Source of the DNA: Thermococcus sp. JdFR-02
Lineage (GTDB): Archaea > Methanobacteriota_B > Thermococci > Thermococcales > Thermococcaceae
DNA: 64,000 nucleotides
Direction: 5' to 3'
Assembly: GCA_002009975.1 (NCBI GenBank)
Contig: MTLP01000042.1
Coordinates: forward strand, 96,001-160,000
Under the pieces are notes generated by a model. The model was not told where the DNA came from. It ran no database searches and saw nothing but the letters and a program-made list of their open reading frames with translations. Within the stretch, counting starts at the first letter, position 1; the number at the start of each line of letters is the position of its first letter. Shown here piece after piece: positions 1-10,328 of this stretch. Both the position numbers and the translations under genes were made by a program.

Positions 1-315
1 AAGCTTTCCACCCTCAGTTATTACATCAACATGTCTTCCAAGCAAAAGCCTATCATCAATTCCTCCAATCTTTCTAAACTTAAGCTTTCCATCATTAGTT
101 ATTCCTGTAATTAAAAGTCCAATCTCGTCCATGTGAGCCATGAACAAAAGTCTTTCTTTTCCTTCTCCAAGCTCGACAATTAAGTTCCCGATTTTGTCAA
201 CCTTATAATCTGCAAAAGGTTCTATTATTTCAATGAGCTTTTCCCTAATTTTCTCCTCGTAACCAGAAATTCCGGGAAGTTGAGTAATCTCTTTAAGTTC
301 TTTAATCAGCTTCAT
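1..315 (-). CDS. M42 family aminopeptidase (TET-like), N-terminal part; runs off the window edge
   Basis: Manual translation from ATG at 315 (SD GAGGTGA): MKLIKELKEITQLPGISGYEEKIRE...DKIGNL...MAHMDEIG...IGGID, typical M42 N-terminal motifs. Confidence 0.85.
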   Translation of the reverse strand, partial: MKLIKELKEITQLPGISGYEEKIREKLIEIIEPFADYKVDKIGNLIVELGEGKERLLFMAHMDEIGLLITGITNDGKLKFRKIGGIDDRLLLGRHVDVITEGGKL

Positions 316-324
316 AATATCACC

Positions 325-1326
325 TCAAAGCATCTTTAACTCTTCAATTGGTCTGATCTTTAAAACATCCCTATTAACTAATCCTTCTGGAATTTCTCCC
401 CTAAGAAGCATTAATAAGTTCTTCACAGCTTGGACTCCCATATCTTCCATAGCCTCTATTGCTAAGCCAGCATGGTGTGGAGTTAAAACGGTTTTCCACT
501 CCATCTCAAAGAGTTCGCTCTCCTGCAGGGGTTCCCTTTCATAAACGTCGGTGGCAAATCCCTTAAGCTTACCTCCTTTGAGAGCTTTGATCAGGGCTTT
601 TTCATCAACTAAAGAGCCTCTTCCAATGTTTATCAAGTATTTTCCTTCCAAAAGCTTTAATCTTTCTTCGTTAATGATATGATAAGTCTCTGGAGTTGCT
701 GGTAAAGCTAAGACAACTATATCACTTTGCTTTAAGACATCATCAATGGGCAACCATTTTGCATTTACCTCTTTCTCAATATCTTCTTTTCTTGTCCTGC
801 TCCAGTAGAAAACTTCTGTGCCTAAGGCTTTGACCCTTCTTGCTATAGCTTTTCCTATTGCCCCCATTCCTAAGATTCCAACTTTCTTCCCATAAACTGT
901 CTCTATTTTGTTATACCATCCCCAAACGGTCCTATGGGAGTCCCATTTTCCTTTCCTTATGAACTTATCAGAATAGGCTATTTTTCTAAGCAATGCTATC
1001 ATTAAGCCAACTGCAAACTCTGCAACTGCTTCGCTTAAAACTCCACTAACTTTTGTAACATAAATCCCCTTCTTTGTAGCAGCTTCAATATCAATATGGT
1101 CATAACCAGCTGAATGAGTGCTTATGACTTTTAAATTACTCGCTCTTTCAATTATCTCCCCATCAACTTTATTTAAGGGTGAAACAATCAGGGCATCATA
1201 TCTGTCAATAATGCTTAAAAGTTCTTCTTTGCTTGGATAAAGCGAAACATCAACATCACAATGTTTTTTCAACATTTCCAGTGGCTTGCTTTTTATCTTA
1301 AAAACTACCAATATTTTAGGTCTCAT
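325..1326 (-). CDS. D-2-hydroxyacid dehydrogenase (glyoxylate reductase-like)
   Basis: SAGYDHID, GMGAIG Rossmann motif, INIGRG, DVYEREP, TPHHAG catalytic motifs. Confidence 0.9.
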   Translation of the reverse strand: MRPKILVVFKIKSKPLEMLKKHCDVDVSLYPSKEELLSIIDRYDALIVSPLNKVDGEIIERASNLKVISTHSAGYDHIDIEAATKKGIYVTKVSGVLSEAVAEFAVGLMIALLRKIAYSDKFIRKGKWDSHRTVWGWYNKIETVYGKKVGILGMGAIGKAIARRVKALGTEVFYWSRTRKEDIEKEVNAKWLPIDDVLKQSDIVVLALPATPETYHIINEERLKLLEGKYLINIGRGSLVDEKALIKALKGGKLKGFATDVYEREPLQESELFEMEWKTVLTPHHAGLAIEAMEDMGVQAVKNLLMLLRGEIPEGLVNRDVLKIRPIEELKML

Positions 1327-1455
1327 GCATCTACACCTCTACGATATTCATCGAAACGAACTAATAAATCTTTTCTATATTATCTTGATCCTTTGTTCAA
1401 TTTAAAAGCGAAAAGTTAAAATGTCTTCAATGAATTTTTAGACCTAGGTGGTAGT

Positions 1456-2898
1456 ATGGGAATAGAAAGAAATAGATGGCAAAACGACTTTAGTGAGTGG
1501 TACAATGAAATGATAGAAATTGCTGGAATACAAGATAAACGTTATCCAGTCAAGGGAATGAACATCTGGCTACCATATGGCTTAAGGATCATGAAAAACA
1601 TTGAGAAGTTTATCCATGAGGAAATGGAAAGAACTGGACATCAAGAGGTTCTCTTCCCAGCATTAATACCAGAGACAGAGTTTCAAAAGGAAGCGGAGCA
1701 TATAGCTGGATTTGAAGGAGAAGTTCTTTGGGTAACTCATGCAGGGCGCAATCCATTAGAAGTTAGACTTATTTTGAGACCAACAAGTGAAACCGCAATG
1801 TACTCAATGTTCTCTCTTTGGATTCGCTCTCACGCAGATTTGCCATTCAAAATCTATCAAATAGTTAACGTTTATCGTTATGAAACAAAGCACACAAGAC
1901 CATTAATTAGAGTTAGAGAAATCAGCAGATTCTTTGAAGCTCACACAGCTCATGATAGCTTTGAGGATGCTGAGAGACAAATTCATGAAGATTTGGAGAT
2001 TTTTGATAGGATTGCAAAGAAATTGGGATTACCATATATAGTGAGCAAGCGTCCAGAGTGGGATAAGTTCCCAGGAGCATTTTATTCATTAGGTGCTGAA
2101 ATAGTTATGCCAGATGGAAGAACGCTCCAAATTGGAACAATGCACCACTACAAGCAAAACTTTGCCAAAGCCTACAACATTACCTATGAAAAAGAAGATG
2201 GAACCCATGAATATGTTCACCAAACAACCTATGGAATGAGTGAAAGGCTTTTAGCTGCAGTAATTGCAACCCATGGGGACGATAGAGGTTTGGTATTACC
2301 ACCAACACTTGCTCCAATTCAAGTTGTTATAGTTCCAATACCACTTAAAGAATCTCCTTATGATGTAAATGCTTATGCAAGAGGAATTGCAGAAGAATTG
2401 AAATCAGCGGGAATTAGGGTTCATGTGGATGAGAGGGACATAAGACCAGGAAGGAAGTTCTATGACTGGGAGCTTAAGGGAGTTCCATTAAGAATTGAAG
2501 TCGGACCAAAAGACGTTGAAACTGGAAAAGTTGTCTTAGCAAGAAGAGATAACTTACAAAAGTTTGCAATTGATAGGGAAGAGCTAATTGATAAGGTCAG
2601 GGAAACTTTGGACGAAATTATGGAGAATCTTTACAACAGGGCTAAAGAGTTCCTTGAAACTCACATAAAGAGGGTTGAAACAATAGAAGAGGCAAAGCAA
2701 GTGTTCGAGGATAGAAGAGGAGTAGTTGAGATTCCATGGTGTGGCGAGGAAAGCTGTGGTTTAGAGATGGAAGAAATTTTAGATGCAAAGATGCTTGGTA
2801 TTCCATACCCAGATGAAAAAGCCAAGATAGAAGGTAAAAAGTGTGCCCATTGTGGAAGAGAGGCAAAATATATTGCAAGGTTCGCAAGAACATATTAG
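1456..2898 (+). CDS. proS: prolyl-tRNA synthetase (archaeal/eukaryal type)
   Basis: [27 protein letters not shown], anticodon-binding domain, C-terminal ARTY. Confidence 0.97.
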   Translation: MGIERNRWQNDFSEWYNEMIEIAGIQDKRYPVKGMNIWLPYGLRIMKNIEKFIHEEMERTGHQEVLFPALIPETEFQKEAEHIAGFEGEVLWVTHAGRNPLEVRLILRPTSETAMYSMFSLWIRSHADLPFKIYQIVNVYRYETKHTRPLIRVREISRFFEAHTAHDSFEDAERQIHEDLEIFDRIAKKLGLPYIVSKRPEWDKFPGAFYSLGAEIVMPDGRTLQIGTMHHYKQNFAKAYNITYEKEDGTHEYVHQTTYGMSERLLAAVIATHGDDRGLVLPPTLAPIQVVIVPIPLKESPYDVNAYARGIAEELKSAGIRVHVDERDIRPGRKFYDWELKGVPLRIEVGPKDVETGKVVLARRDNLQKFAIDREELIDKVRETLDEIMENLYNRAKEFLETHIKRVETIEEAKQVFEDRRGVVEIPWCGEESCGLEMEEILDAKMLGIPYPDEKAKIEGKKCAHCGREAKYIARFARTY

Positions 2899-2958
2899 CT
2901 TTTCTCCTTTTTGAAAATTTTTAAATACTCTTCTTTGGATTTCTTTTTGGTGAAAGAA

Positions 2959-3780
2959 ATGAGATTTGTGCTGAAAAATGAGCATATAAAGGATGCCTTT
3001 GTTTGGGAGCTAAAGAATGCAGGGATTAAGTTTCAGATTAGGGAAGAACTTGGCTTTGAATCCTTTATTGGCCATGTTATAGTAGGAACATTTGAGGAAG
3101 TGAAGCAAAAAATTGAGAGCTTTTCAAGTGAAGATGATAGAAAAGCTATGCTTAGTGCATTAAAAACATTCAAAGAGGGATTTATTAAAGTTATGGAGGA
3201 GTTAAAAGAAAGTCCAAAAACATTTAATGAGCTTTTAAATAAGTATGGGACGTTGGTGGGTGAAGTATTGGAGCAGCTTTTAGATAACAATGCAATTGAG
3301 GTTAAAGATGGAAAGATTTTTCCTAAAGACTTTGACCTTGAAAATTTAATAATCCAATTTAGAATTCCCCTTGGAGCCGTGAGGAATTTTGAAGAGCTTG
3401 AGAAGAATGCGGAACAGTTTGCCTATATTGACTTCATGCCCCAGTATGTTGTGGAGATCAAAGAGTTTGAAATTAACAAAGCTAACAGAGTTTTAGAGAT
3501 AGCTTCAAAATATTTTAACCTTTATGAAGCATTGGAAGCTTATTTTGCACTGTTGGGGAAAAATATTATTGCGAAAGAACTCTTAGAGAAAGCTAAGGAA
3601 AAAGTTACAAAAGACATAGCAATTAAGCACTTCTTAGAAAACTCACCTTTTGAGGTTAAAGAAGAAAAAAGGAGAATTATCATTGGGATCTCACATCCAA
3701 AGGCAGTTGAAGATATTTTAAGAGAAATGGAGAAGAGGGGACAAGTGCTTGTCAAAGGGAACAAAATTCGGCTTCCTTAA
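2959..3780 (+). CDS. conserved hypothetical protein
   Basis: Long ORF with host-like composition; start moved to ATG 2959 downstream of a GGTGA SD. Confidence 0.7.
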   Translation: MRFVLKNEHIKDAFVWELKNAGIKFQIREELGFESFIGHVIVGTFEEVKQKIESFSSEDDRKAMLSALKTFKEGFIKVMEELKESPKTFNELLNKYGTLVGEVLEQLLDNNAIEVKDGKIFPKDFDLENLIIQFRIPLGAVRNFEELEKNAEQFAYIDFMPQYVVEIKEFEINKANRVLEIASKYFNLYEALEAYFALLGKNIIAKELLEKAKEKVTKDIAIKHFLENSPFEVKEEKRRIIIGISHPKAVEDILREMEKRGQVLVKGNKIRLP

Positions 3781-3783
3781 CCT

Positions 3784-4275
3784 CTATCCTTTAAAAATGC
3801 TCTCAAGGGCTTTAATAACTTCAGGATCTTCGGTAATATAGATTTTATCCAGCACTAATAGAACCTTCCCTGCCTTTGATTCATCGAGAATTTTAGTTAA
3901 AAGTTCATAGCTAACCTCCCCAACGATTATAATCCTTAGGCTACCGTTTACGAATACACCCGTTTGGGGAACTCCTGTGGTCCCAGTATATTGGGATAAT
4001 CTGGTAAACTTCTCCACATTTCTGTTGTAATTTGGCTCTTTCTCATCTGCAACCTCATAATAAGTCAATGCATCTTTTCCGTAGTGTTTCGTTATTAGCT
4101 CTTTCATGTTGGCACAGTGTGGACAGTAATAGGCGCCAAACATGTAAAAATGTATTCCCTGCTTTTGCTGAAAGCTCGTTTGTGAAGTTGTTTGGGTCTG
4201 TTCTTGATTTATACATCCAGCCAATAATGCAAATAAGAACACAATTGCCAACATTAGCCCTACATATTTCCTCAT
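3784..4275 (-). CDS. exported thioredoxin/glutaredoxin-fold lipoprotein
   Basis: Signal peptide with LAGC lipobox, Q/T linker, CPHC, GVP cis-Pro motif. Confidence 0.8.
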   Translation of the reverse strand: MRKYVGLMLAIVFLFALLAGCINQEQTQTTSQTSFQQKQGIHFYMFGAYYCPHCANMKELITKHYGKDALTYYEVADEKEPNYNRNVEKFTRLSQYTGTTGVPQTGVFVNGSLRIIIVGEVSYELLTKILDESKAGKVLLVLDKIYITEDPEVIKALESIFKG

Positions 4276-4331
4276 TTTAACCCCTAAACTTAAAATGCAG
4301 TCTTAGGCTTTATAAATAATGAGGTGTTAAA

Positions 4332-4910
4332 ATGGAACACTACATCAAATCCTTTGATGAAAAGATGCTTTCCCTGAGCAATGCTCCTCATAATGGCGGG
4401 TTATTCAAAGCTAATGGCTTCTTTTTTATGCATGTCCCTAAAAACTACAATGGCAATTACAAAAGAGATTGTGCAGAATTTGAACGAAAATACAGCTTAA
4501 GGGATTTTGTGGGTTTTATGACTGCTGTAACGATTCCAAATGTGTTAAGCGTTGCAAAGCATAAAAATGTTGAGGCTTATATTACAGCAGGAATTACGAA
4601 TCCAGCAATTGTTGGAGAAGAGTGCAAATTTGAATATGGGACGATAAATATTGCTGTTCTTATAAAGGAAGGATTAACAATTGGTGCTTTGGCAAATGCA
4701 ATAATGACTGCAAGTGAAGCAAAAACATATACTCTTCTAAAGCTCGGTTATAATGCAACTGGCACAACAAGCGATGGCATTGGAATATTTGCCTTTGAGG
4801 GGGAACAAGAATGGGCTGGAACTGCAACGGGGATAGGGATTTCAATTGGAAAAGCTGTTAGGAAAGCTTTAGAAGAGAGTATAAGAAAGTGGGAGAAGAT
4901 AAGGAGTTAA
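4332..4910 (+). CDS. cbiZ: adenosylcobinamide amidohydrolase
   Basis: GFMTAV, ITAGITNP, GTINI, SEAK, ATGTTSDGI motifs. Confidence 0.85.
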   Translation: MEHYIKSFDEKMLSLSNAPHNGGLFKANGFFFMHVPKNYNGNYKRDCAEFERKYSLRDFVGFMTAVTIPNVLSVAKHKNVEAYITAGITNPAIVGEECKFEYGTINIAVLIKEGLTIGALANAIMTASEAKTYTLLKLGYNATGTTSDGIGIFAFEGEQEWAGTATGIGISIGKAVRKALEESIRKWEKIRS

Positions 4911-4940
4911 GCTTAAAAATTTCCTTCCTTAATTTCGATC

Positions 4941-6545
4941 ATGATCGTTGGAATCCATGATGGCCACGATGCTGGAGTTGCTCTGATTGATGGTGAAAAG
5001 ATTTACGCAATAAATGAAGAGAGATTGGTTAGGATTAAGCATTATCGCGGCTTTCCAGAAAAAAGCTTAGCTAAGGTTTTTGAGATAGGTAATGTTAATC
5101 CTGAAGATATCGAGATCATTGCTATTGCTGGCATTTTTAGGAAGTATTCTCGTCTTTTAGAGCTTGAAAAAAAGCTCAAAGCTTTCTTTGGAAAGGACTT
5201 TAAGAGGAAAGTTCTATATGTTGAGCATCATTTGGCTCATGCTTCATCTGCCTACTTCACGTCTGGCTGGAGAGATGCAATAGTTTTAAGCATTGATGCC
5301 GCTGGTGATGGATTAAGCTCTTCAATTTATGTTGCAAGGGATGGAGAACTGGTAAGAATAGCTCAAAGCACTTATATTGACTCTTTAGGCGATTTTTATG
5401 CTTCAATTACAGAGCTTTTAGGCTTTAAACCAATGCGTCATGAAGGAAAAGTGATGAGTTTAGCTGCTTATGGGAAGCCAACTTATGATTTAAGCAACGT
5501 AATCGAGCTAAATGGACTAACCTTTGAGAACAAGCTTAAAGTTGTTGGGATTGAAGCGACTAAAAAATTAGCCCAGCTCTTTGGTTATCCATTCGAAAGA
5601 GCAAAGAAAATTGCAAATCAAATGAAAAAGGGGAACTTAGATGAAGAGGTTCAAAGAAAGGCTGTTGAAATTGCAGCTTCTGCTCAAAGGCATCTTGAAA
5701 AGATTATTGACGAGCTCGGACTGAAGTTAACAAAATATGATCTTCCCTTAGCTTATGCTGGTGGGGTGGCTCAAAACGTTAAAGCGAACATGATTTTAAG
5801 AAAGCACTTCCCAAATTTATGGGTCTTCCCAGCAATGCATGATGGGGGCTTAGCCTTTGGAGCTGCAATTTTTGTTAAAGCTCAAATGGAGAGATTAGAT
5901 AACAAATGGAAGCCATTTAAGCTTAAACACGTCTATCTCGGACCTTCTTACAGCGAAGGTCAAATTGAAGAGCTTTTAAAGAGTGAAAACATTAACTATG
6001 AGCGCGTTAGTGATGTTGAAAGCTTTGTAGTTGATTCATTAATTGAAGGGAAAATTGTTGCACACTTTACTGGAGCAATGGAATTTGGACCAAGGGCTTT
6101 GGGAAATCGCTCAATTTTAGCTGATCCTCGAGATAAAAGCGTTGTGAAACGTCTTAACCTTCACTTAAATAGAGATGTATTTCAACCCTTTGCCCCAACA
6201 ATCTTAGAGGAAAGAATTGAGGAATATTTGGTTGATGCTTATCCAAACAAGTTTATGACGATGAGCTATTATGCAACAGAAGAGATGCAAAGCTTAACCC
6301 CAGCTGTGGTTCATGTTGATAAAACAACAAGACCTCAAACCCTGCTTAGAGAAGATAATCCAAGGTATTATGAAATAATTAAGCGTTTTGAAAAGAAAAC
6401 TGGAGTTGGAATTGTTTTGAATACGAGTTTCAATATGCATGGAGAACCTATTGTTTGTTCACCAAAGGATGCCTTAGAGAGCTTTAAGAAAGCAAAGCTT
6501 GATGTGTTGGTTTTGGAGAGATTTGTCGTGTATGACAAAGCTTGA
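4941..6545 (+). CDS. carbamoyltransferase, NodU/CmcH family
   Basis: HD, EERL, HHLAHASSA, GGVAQN, EFGPRALGNRS, LNTSFNMHGEPIV. Confidence 0.92.
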   Translation: MIVGIHDGHDAGVALIDGEKIYAINEERLVRIKHYRGFPEKSLAKVFEIGNVNPEDIEIIAIAGIFRKYSRLLELEKKLKAFFGKDFKRKVLYVEHHLAHASSAYFTSGWRDAIVLSIDAAGDGLSSSIYVARDGELVRIAQSTYIDSLGDFYASITELLGFKPMRHEGKVMSLAAYGKPTYDLSNVIELNGLTFENKLKVVGIEATKKLAQLFGYPFERAKKIANQMKKGNLDEEVQRKAVEIAASAQRHLEKIIDELGLKLTKYDLPLAYAGGVAQNVKANMILRKHFPNLWVFPAMHDGGLAFGAAIFVKAQMERLDNKWKPFKLKHVYLGPSYSEGQIEELLKSENINYERVSDVESFVVDSLIEGKIVAHFTGAMEFGPRALGNRSILADPRDKSVVKRLNLHLNRDVFQPFAPTILEERIEEYLVDAYPNKFMTMSYYATEEMQSLTPAVVHVDKTTRPQTLLREDNPRYYEIIKRFEKKTGVGIVLNTSFNMHGEPIVCSPKDALESFKKAKLDVLVLERFVVYDKA

Positions 6546-6640
6546 GTTGTTTATTCATGCATCGCTATAGGATCGTCTGAACAATAAAAGAAAAAAAGAT
6601 TTATAAGGAAGTTCATCCAAATGACCGAAATGGTGATTTT

Positions 6641-7951
6641 ATGGTCCATCCTAATGACTTTATTTTAGAATATTTAGGCAAGCTTCCGACTCTGATTAGG
6701 CCATATAACAAGTTAAGGAAAAGATATCTCTATCATCAGCTTAAGGAGAAAATTGATTCTTATCTGTCGAACGGTCGCGAGGATACTATTATTATATCGG
6801 GTCTTAGAGGAACAGGCAAGACGACTATTTTAGCACAGCTCTATTTTTATGGAATATCAAGGATCAATCCAAATGAAGTTATCTATCTTTCTCTTGATGA
6901 GCTTCAGCTTCTTGGTCTCGACTTACTTGAGGTCCTTGATACCTATAAACGAATTATCAAGCCAGAGAGACCAATCTTGCTTCTTGACGAAGTTCAGTAT
7001 GATGAAAACTGGGATTTAAAGTTGAAAGTAATACATGACAAAATGAAGTTTTTAACAATAACGACAGGTTCTTCTGCAGTAAGACTTAAGGAAAGTCCAG
7101 ATTTAGCAAGGAGAGCGCTTCACAGGGAGCTTTATTCAATGACTTTCAGAGAATATTACAGTCTTAAAACAGGCAGAGAGATTCCAGAACTAATACACAA
7201 TATACTAAGCCTCAAAGAGGTGCAATTTTCTCCGATTGATGAAGAAGAGATAGTAAGATACATGAAAGTTGGTGGCTTACCCTTTGCTCTCGAGATGCCA
7301 GAATGGGAAGCTTATGAAAGAATACTTTCAATGCTTGACAGAATTATATATAGAGATCTCAGGGAAATTCACGATTTTGATGTTGAAACCCTTGATAAAG
7401 CTATTCATCTGCTTGTTCTTCTTGCAAATCCCAAAGGAGAGCGATTTAGCTATGAAAAATTGAGTAAAAGCTTAAATCTCGCAAAGGGTACTATTATAAA
7501 GCTTATTGATTCCCTTGAAAAGGCATCGCTAATACATAGAATACCAGCTCACGGCTCTATTGTTAAGGGCATTAGGAAGAGTCCAAAGGTAAAGTTTCTT
7601 GCTGTGCCAGTGAAATCAGCAATTCTTTACAAAATCGGTCTACTTGTAGATAGTGAGGAAATACTTGGCTCACTTCTCGAGGATATAGTTGCTTTCTACC
7701 TGTATCTATTGACCAAGTTGAGAATGGGTAGATTAAGCTATGAACCTGCTCGTGGAGGTGCCGACTTTGTGCTCGAACTTGGCGATGAGAAAATCGTTAT
7801 TGAAGTTGGGCTTGGAAAAGCAAAGAAATCACAGGTCAAAAGAACGATGGAGAGGATTGGTGCAGAGAAAGGAATTGTGGTTGGAAAAAAGTATGAAATA
7901 GGGGAAAGAGTAGCATTTTATCCATGGCAAATGTTTATAATGGGATTTTAG
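6641..7951 (+). CDS. AAA+ ATPase, probably with a DUF4143-type C-terminus
   Basis: Walker A GLRGTGKT, LLLDEVQ, TGSS, GGLP; C-terminal ADF..IEV. Confidence 0.8.
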   Translation: MVHPNDFILEYLGKLPTLIRPYNKLRKRYLYHQLKEKIDSYLSNGREDTIIISGLRGTGKTTILAQLYFYGISRINPNEVIYLSLDELQLLGLDLLEVLDTYKRIIKPERPILLLDEVQYDENWDLKLKVIHDKMKFLTITTGSSAVRLKESPDLARRALHRELYSMTFREYYSLKTGREIPELIHNILSLKEVQFSPIDEEEIVRYMKVGGLPFALEMPEWEAYERILSMLDRIIYRDLREIHDFDVETLDKAIHLLVLLANPKGERFSYEKLSKSLNLAKGTIIKLIDSLEKASLIHRIPAHGSIVKGIRKSPKVKFLAVPVKSAILYKIGLLVDSEEILGSLLEDIVAFYLYLLTKLRMGRLSYEPARGGADFVLELGDEKIVIEVGLGKAKKSQVKRTMERIGAEKGIVVGKKYEIGERVAFYPWQMFIMGF

Positions 7952-8084
7952 GAGGTTTCAATTTAAACTCCTCCTATAAAAACCGTCCCTAGACTCAAAC
8001 TTTTCGATTCTATTTTTCATAAATCGAATATTTTACAGCGGCAAAATTATAAATCTCAAAATTGAGTTCACTTTGGTGATTCTC

Positions 8085-9254
8085 ATGGCGCTAAGTGATA
8101 GATTAGAACGTGTAAATCCTTCTGAAATTAGAAAGCTTTTTGATTTAGCTCAAGGTGTTGAAGGGTTAATATCACTTGGAATTGGAGAACCAGACTTTGA
8201 TACGCCGGAGCATATAAAAGAGTATGCAAAAGAAGCCCTTGACAAAGGGTTGACGCATTATAGTCCAAATGTTGGGATTTTAGAGCTTAGAGAAGCTATA
8301 GCAGAAAAACTAAAAAGAGATAACAATATTGATGCCGATCCAAAAACTCAAATCATGATAACTGTGGGTGCAAATCAAATAATACTAATGGGACTTGCGA
8401 CGTTTTTAAAAGACAATGATGAGGTTTTAATTCCTTCACCTATGTTTGTTAGCTATGCGCCAGCAGTTCTTTTAGCTGGAGGAAAGCCAATAGAAGTTCC
8501 AACCTATGAAGAAAATGAGTTTAGACTTAGTGTTGATGAGCTTAGAAAATATGTAACTCCAAAAACTAAGGCATTAATTATTAACTCGCCCAATAATCCA
8601 ACTGGAGCAGTTTTAACAAAGAAAGACCTTGAGGAAATAGCGGACTTTGCAGTTGAGCACGATTTAGTGATTTTAAGTGATGAGGTTTATGAATACTTTA
8701 TTTACAATGAAGCCAAGCATTACAGCATTGCATCTCTAAACGGCATGTTCGATAGGGTAATCACAATAAATGGCTTTTCTAAGACTTTCGCAATGACCGG
8801 CTGGCGTTTAGGCTTTGTCGTGGCAAGGGAGGATATGATCGAAAAGATGACGAGATTCCAAATGTACAATGCAACATGTCCAGTAACCTTTATCCAATAC
8901 GCAACTGCAAAAGCTTTGAGGGATAAAAGAAGCTGGGAAGCAGTTGAAGAAATGCGTAAAGAGTACGATAGAAGAAGAAAAATGGTATGGAAGAGACTAA
9001 ATGAAATGGGATTGCCAACAGTAAGACCAAAAGGAGCATTCTATATTTTCCCAAGAATAAGAGATACCGGTTTAACGAGCAAAGAATTCAGCGAATTAAT
9101 GATAAAGGAAGCAAGGGTAGCTTTAGTTCCAGGAAGTGCCTTTGGAAAAGCTGGTGAAGGTTACGTAAGAATATCTTATGCAACAGCTTATGAAAAGCTT
9201 GAAGAGGCAATGGACAGAATTGAAAAGGTTTTGAAAGAGAGGAAGTTAGTATAG
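8085..9254 (+). CDS. PLP-dependent class I aminotransferase (aspartate/aromatic)
   Basis: GEPDF, NSPNNPTG, SDEVY, FSKTFAMTGWRLG, VRISYA. Confidence 0.93.
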   Translation: MALSDRLERVNPSEIRKLFDLAQGVEGLISLGIGEPDFDTPEHIKEYAKEALDKGLTHYSPNVGILELREAIAEKLKRDNNIDADPKTQIMITVGANQIILMGLATFLKDNDEVLIPSPMFVSYAPAVLLAGGKPIEVPTYEENEFRLSVDELRKYVTPKTKALIINSPNNPTGAVLTKKDLEEIADFAVEHDLVILSDEVYEYFIYNEAKHYSIASLNGMFDRVITINGFSKTFAMTGWRLGFVVAREDMIEKMTRFQMYNATCPVTFIQYATAKALRDKRSWEAVEEMRKEYDRRRKMVWKRLNEMGLPTVRPKGAFYIFPRIRDTGLTSKEFSELMIKEARVALVPGSAFGKAGEGYVRISYATAYEKLEEAMDRIEKVLKERKLV

Positions 9255-9890
9255 GGTAATGCTCACTTTTCTTTCTTCATTTATGTCAATTATTGCATAA
9301 TGTCCTCTAAATAATGGTCCGGGATTTACTATTAGTGTTTTTCCAATCTCATCAATTCCTCTTGCTTCGTGGATATGCCCACAGATAACTAAAGGCGGTT
9401 GTCTCTCTTCAATAAACTTTCTCAGGGCTTTACTTCCAACGTGTAAACCAGTGAAAGTTCTGTCTACTTTAGTATTGTATGGTGGAACATGCATCAAAAG
9501 GATATCTCCCTCTCTGTAGTTTCTATTCAAGCTCGCCCATATAGCATCATCTTGAAATTCCCATATGGTTGAGAAAGGAGTTATGTTTGAGCCTCCAAAC
9601 CCGATTATTCCCAAATCTCCAAGCTCAACCCTTTTATCATGTAAGTTTATTCCTTTCTCCTCAAGCAAATCTAAAACATCTTTACCATCACAGTTTCCCA
9701 TAACTGCATAAATTGGCTTTTCTAATGTTTCAAAATGTTTCAGGATTACTTTAGCACTCTCTCTTCCACTAAAGTGTGTCAAATCTCCGGCAATTAGGAT
9801 TAAATCAAAGTCCTCTTTCTTAATTTTCTCAACCAACCACTTTGCTTTATTTTCTCTTCCGTGAATATCAGTTACAGTAACTATTCTCAT
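9246..9890 (-). CDS. metallophosphoesterase (calcineurin-like)
   Basis: DIHG, GDLT, GNCD, HVPP, GHIHE, NPG; start moved to ATG 9890 after a GGTGA SD. Confidence 0.9.
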   Translation of the reverse strand: MRIVTVTDIHGRENKAKWLVEKIKKEDFDLILIAGDLTHFSGRESAKVILKHFETLEKPIYAVMGNCDGKDVLDLLEEKGINLHDKRVELGDLGIIGFGGSNITPFSTIWEFQDDAIWASLNRNYREGDILLMHVPPYNTKVDRTFTGLHVGSKALRKFIEERQPPLVICGHIHEARGIDEIGKTLIVNPGPLFRGHYAIIDINEERKVSITLY

Positions 9891-9978
9891 TTTCTCACCC
9901 CTAAGTTTGTTTTTTGCATTTTTCTTTATGAGCGTTAAGGTTAAGTCTATGAAAGTTCTTTCATTAATTGGTGGAAAG

Positions 9979-10308
9979 ATGGGTTGGAAAGAGAAGCTTA
10001 GAAAGGATGAATACATCAATGTGGGAGAGTTTATTGTTGAGCTTAGCCTAGACATGGAGTGTCCTTGTAAGGATGGTGAAGTTTATCCTGCCATAACAGT
10101 TTATGATTACAAAACAGAATGTTGGTATTATATTGATGAAGATTTTCCTGCTGTGAACAATTTTAGAGAGGCTTGGGAAGTTGCCATAAAAACGCTCGAG
10201 GAATACATAAACGGAAAAACTCCAAGATTGAAACGCTCACCAAAGAAATTTGCTTCTGATGATGTTATAGAGAGGTTTATTAGGGCTTTGAAAGAGTTAA
10301 AAGAGTGA
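9979..10308 (+). CDS. hypothetical protein
   Basis: ORF with GGTGG SD before ATG 9979; divergent from the phosphoesterase gene. Confidence 0.65.
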   Translation: MGWKEKLRKDEYINVGEFIVELSLDMECPCKDGEVYPAITVYDYKTECWYYIDEDFPAVNNFREAWEVAIKTLEEYINGKTPRLKRSPKKFASDDVIERFIRALKELKE

Positions 10309-10328
10309 TTATCAATAAAAAGTTAAAA

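Noticed and set aside
6546-6600. Possible small RNA after the carbamoyltransferase (CTGA, weak terminal stem)
   Set aside because: No convincing C box or C'/D' pair
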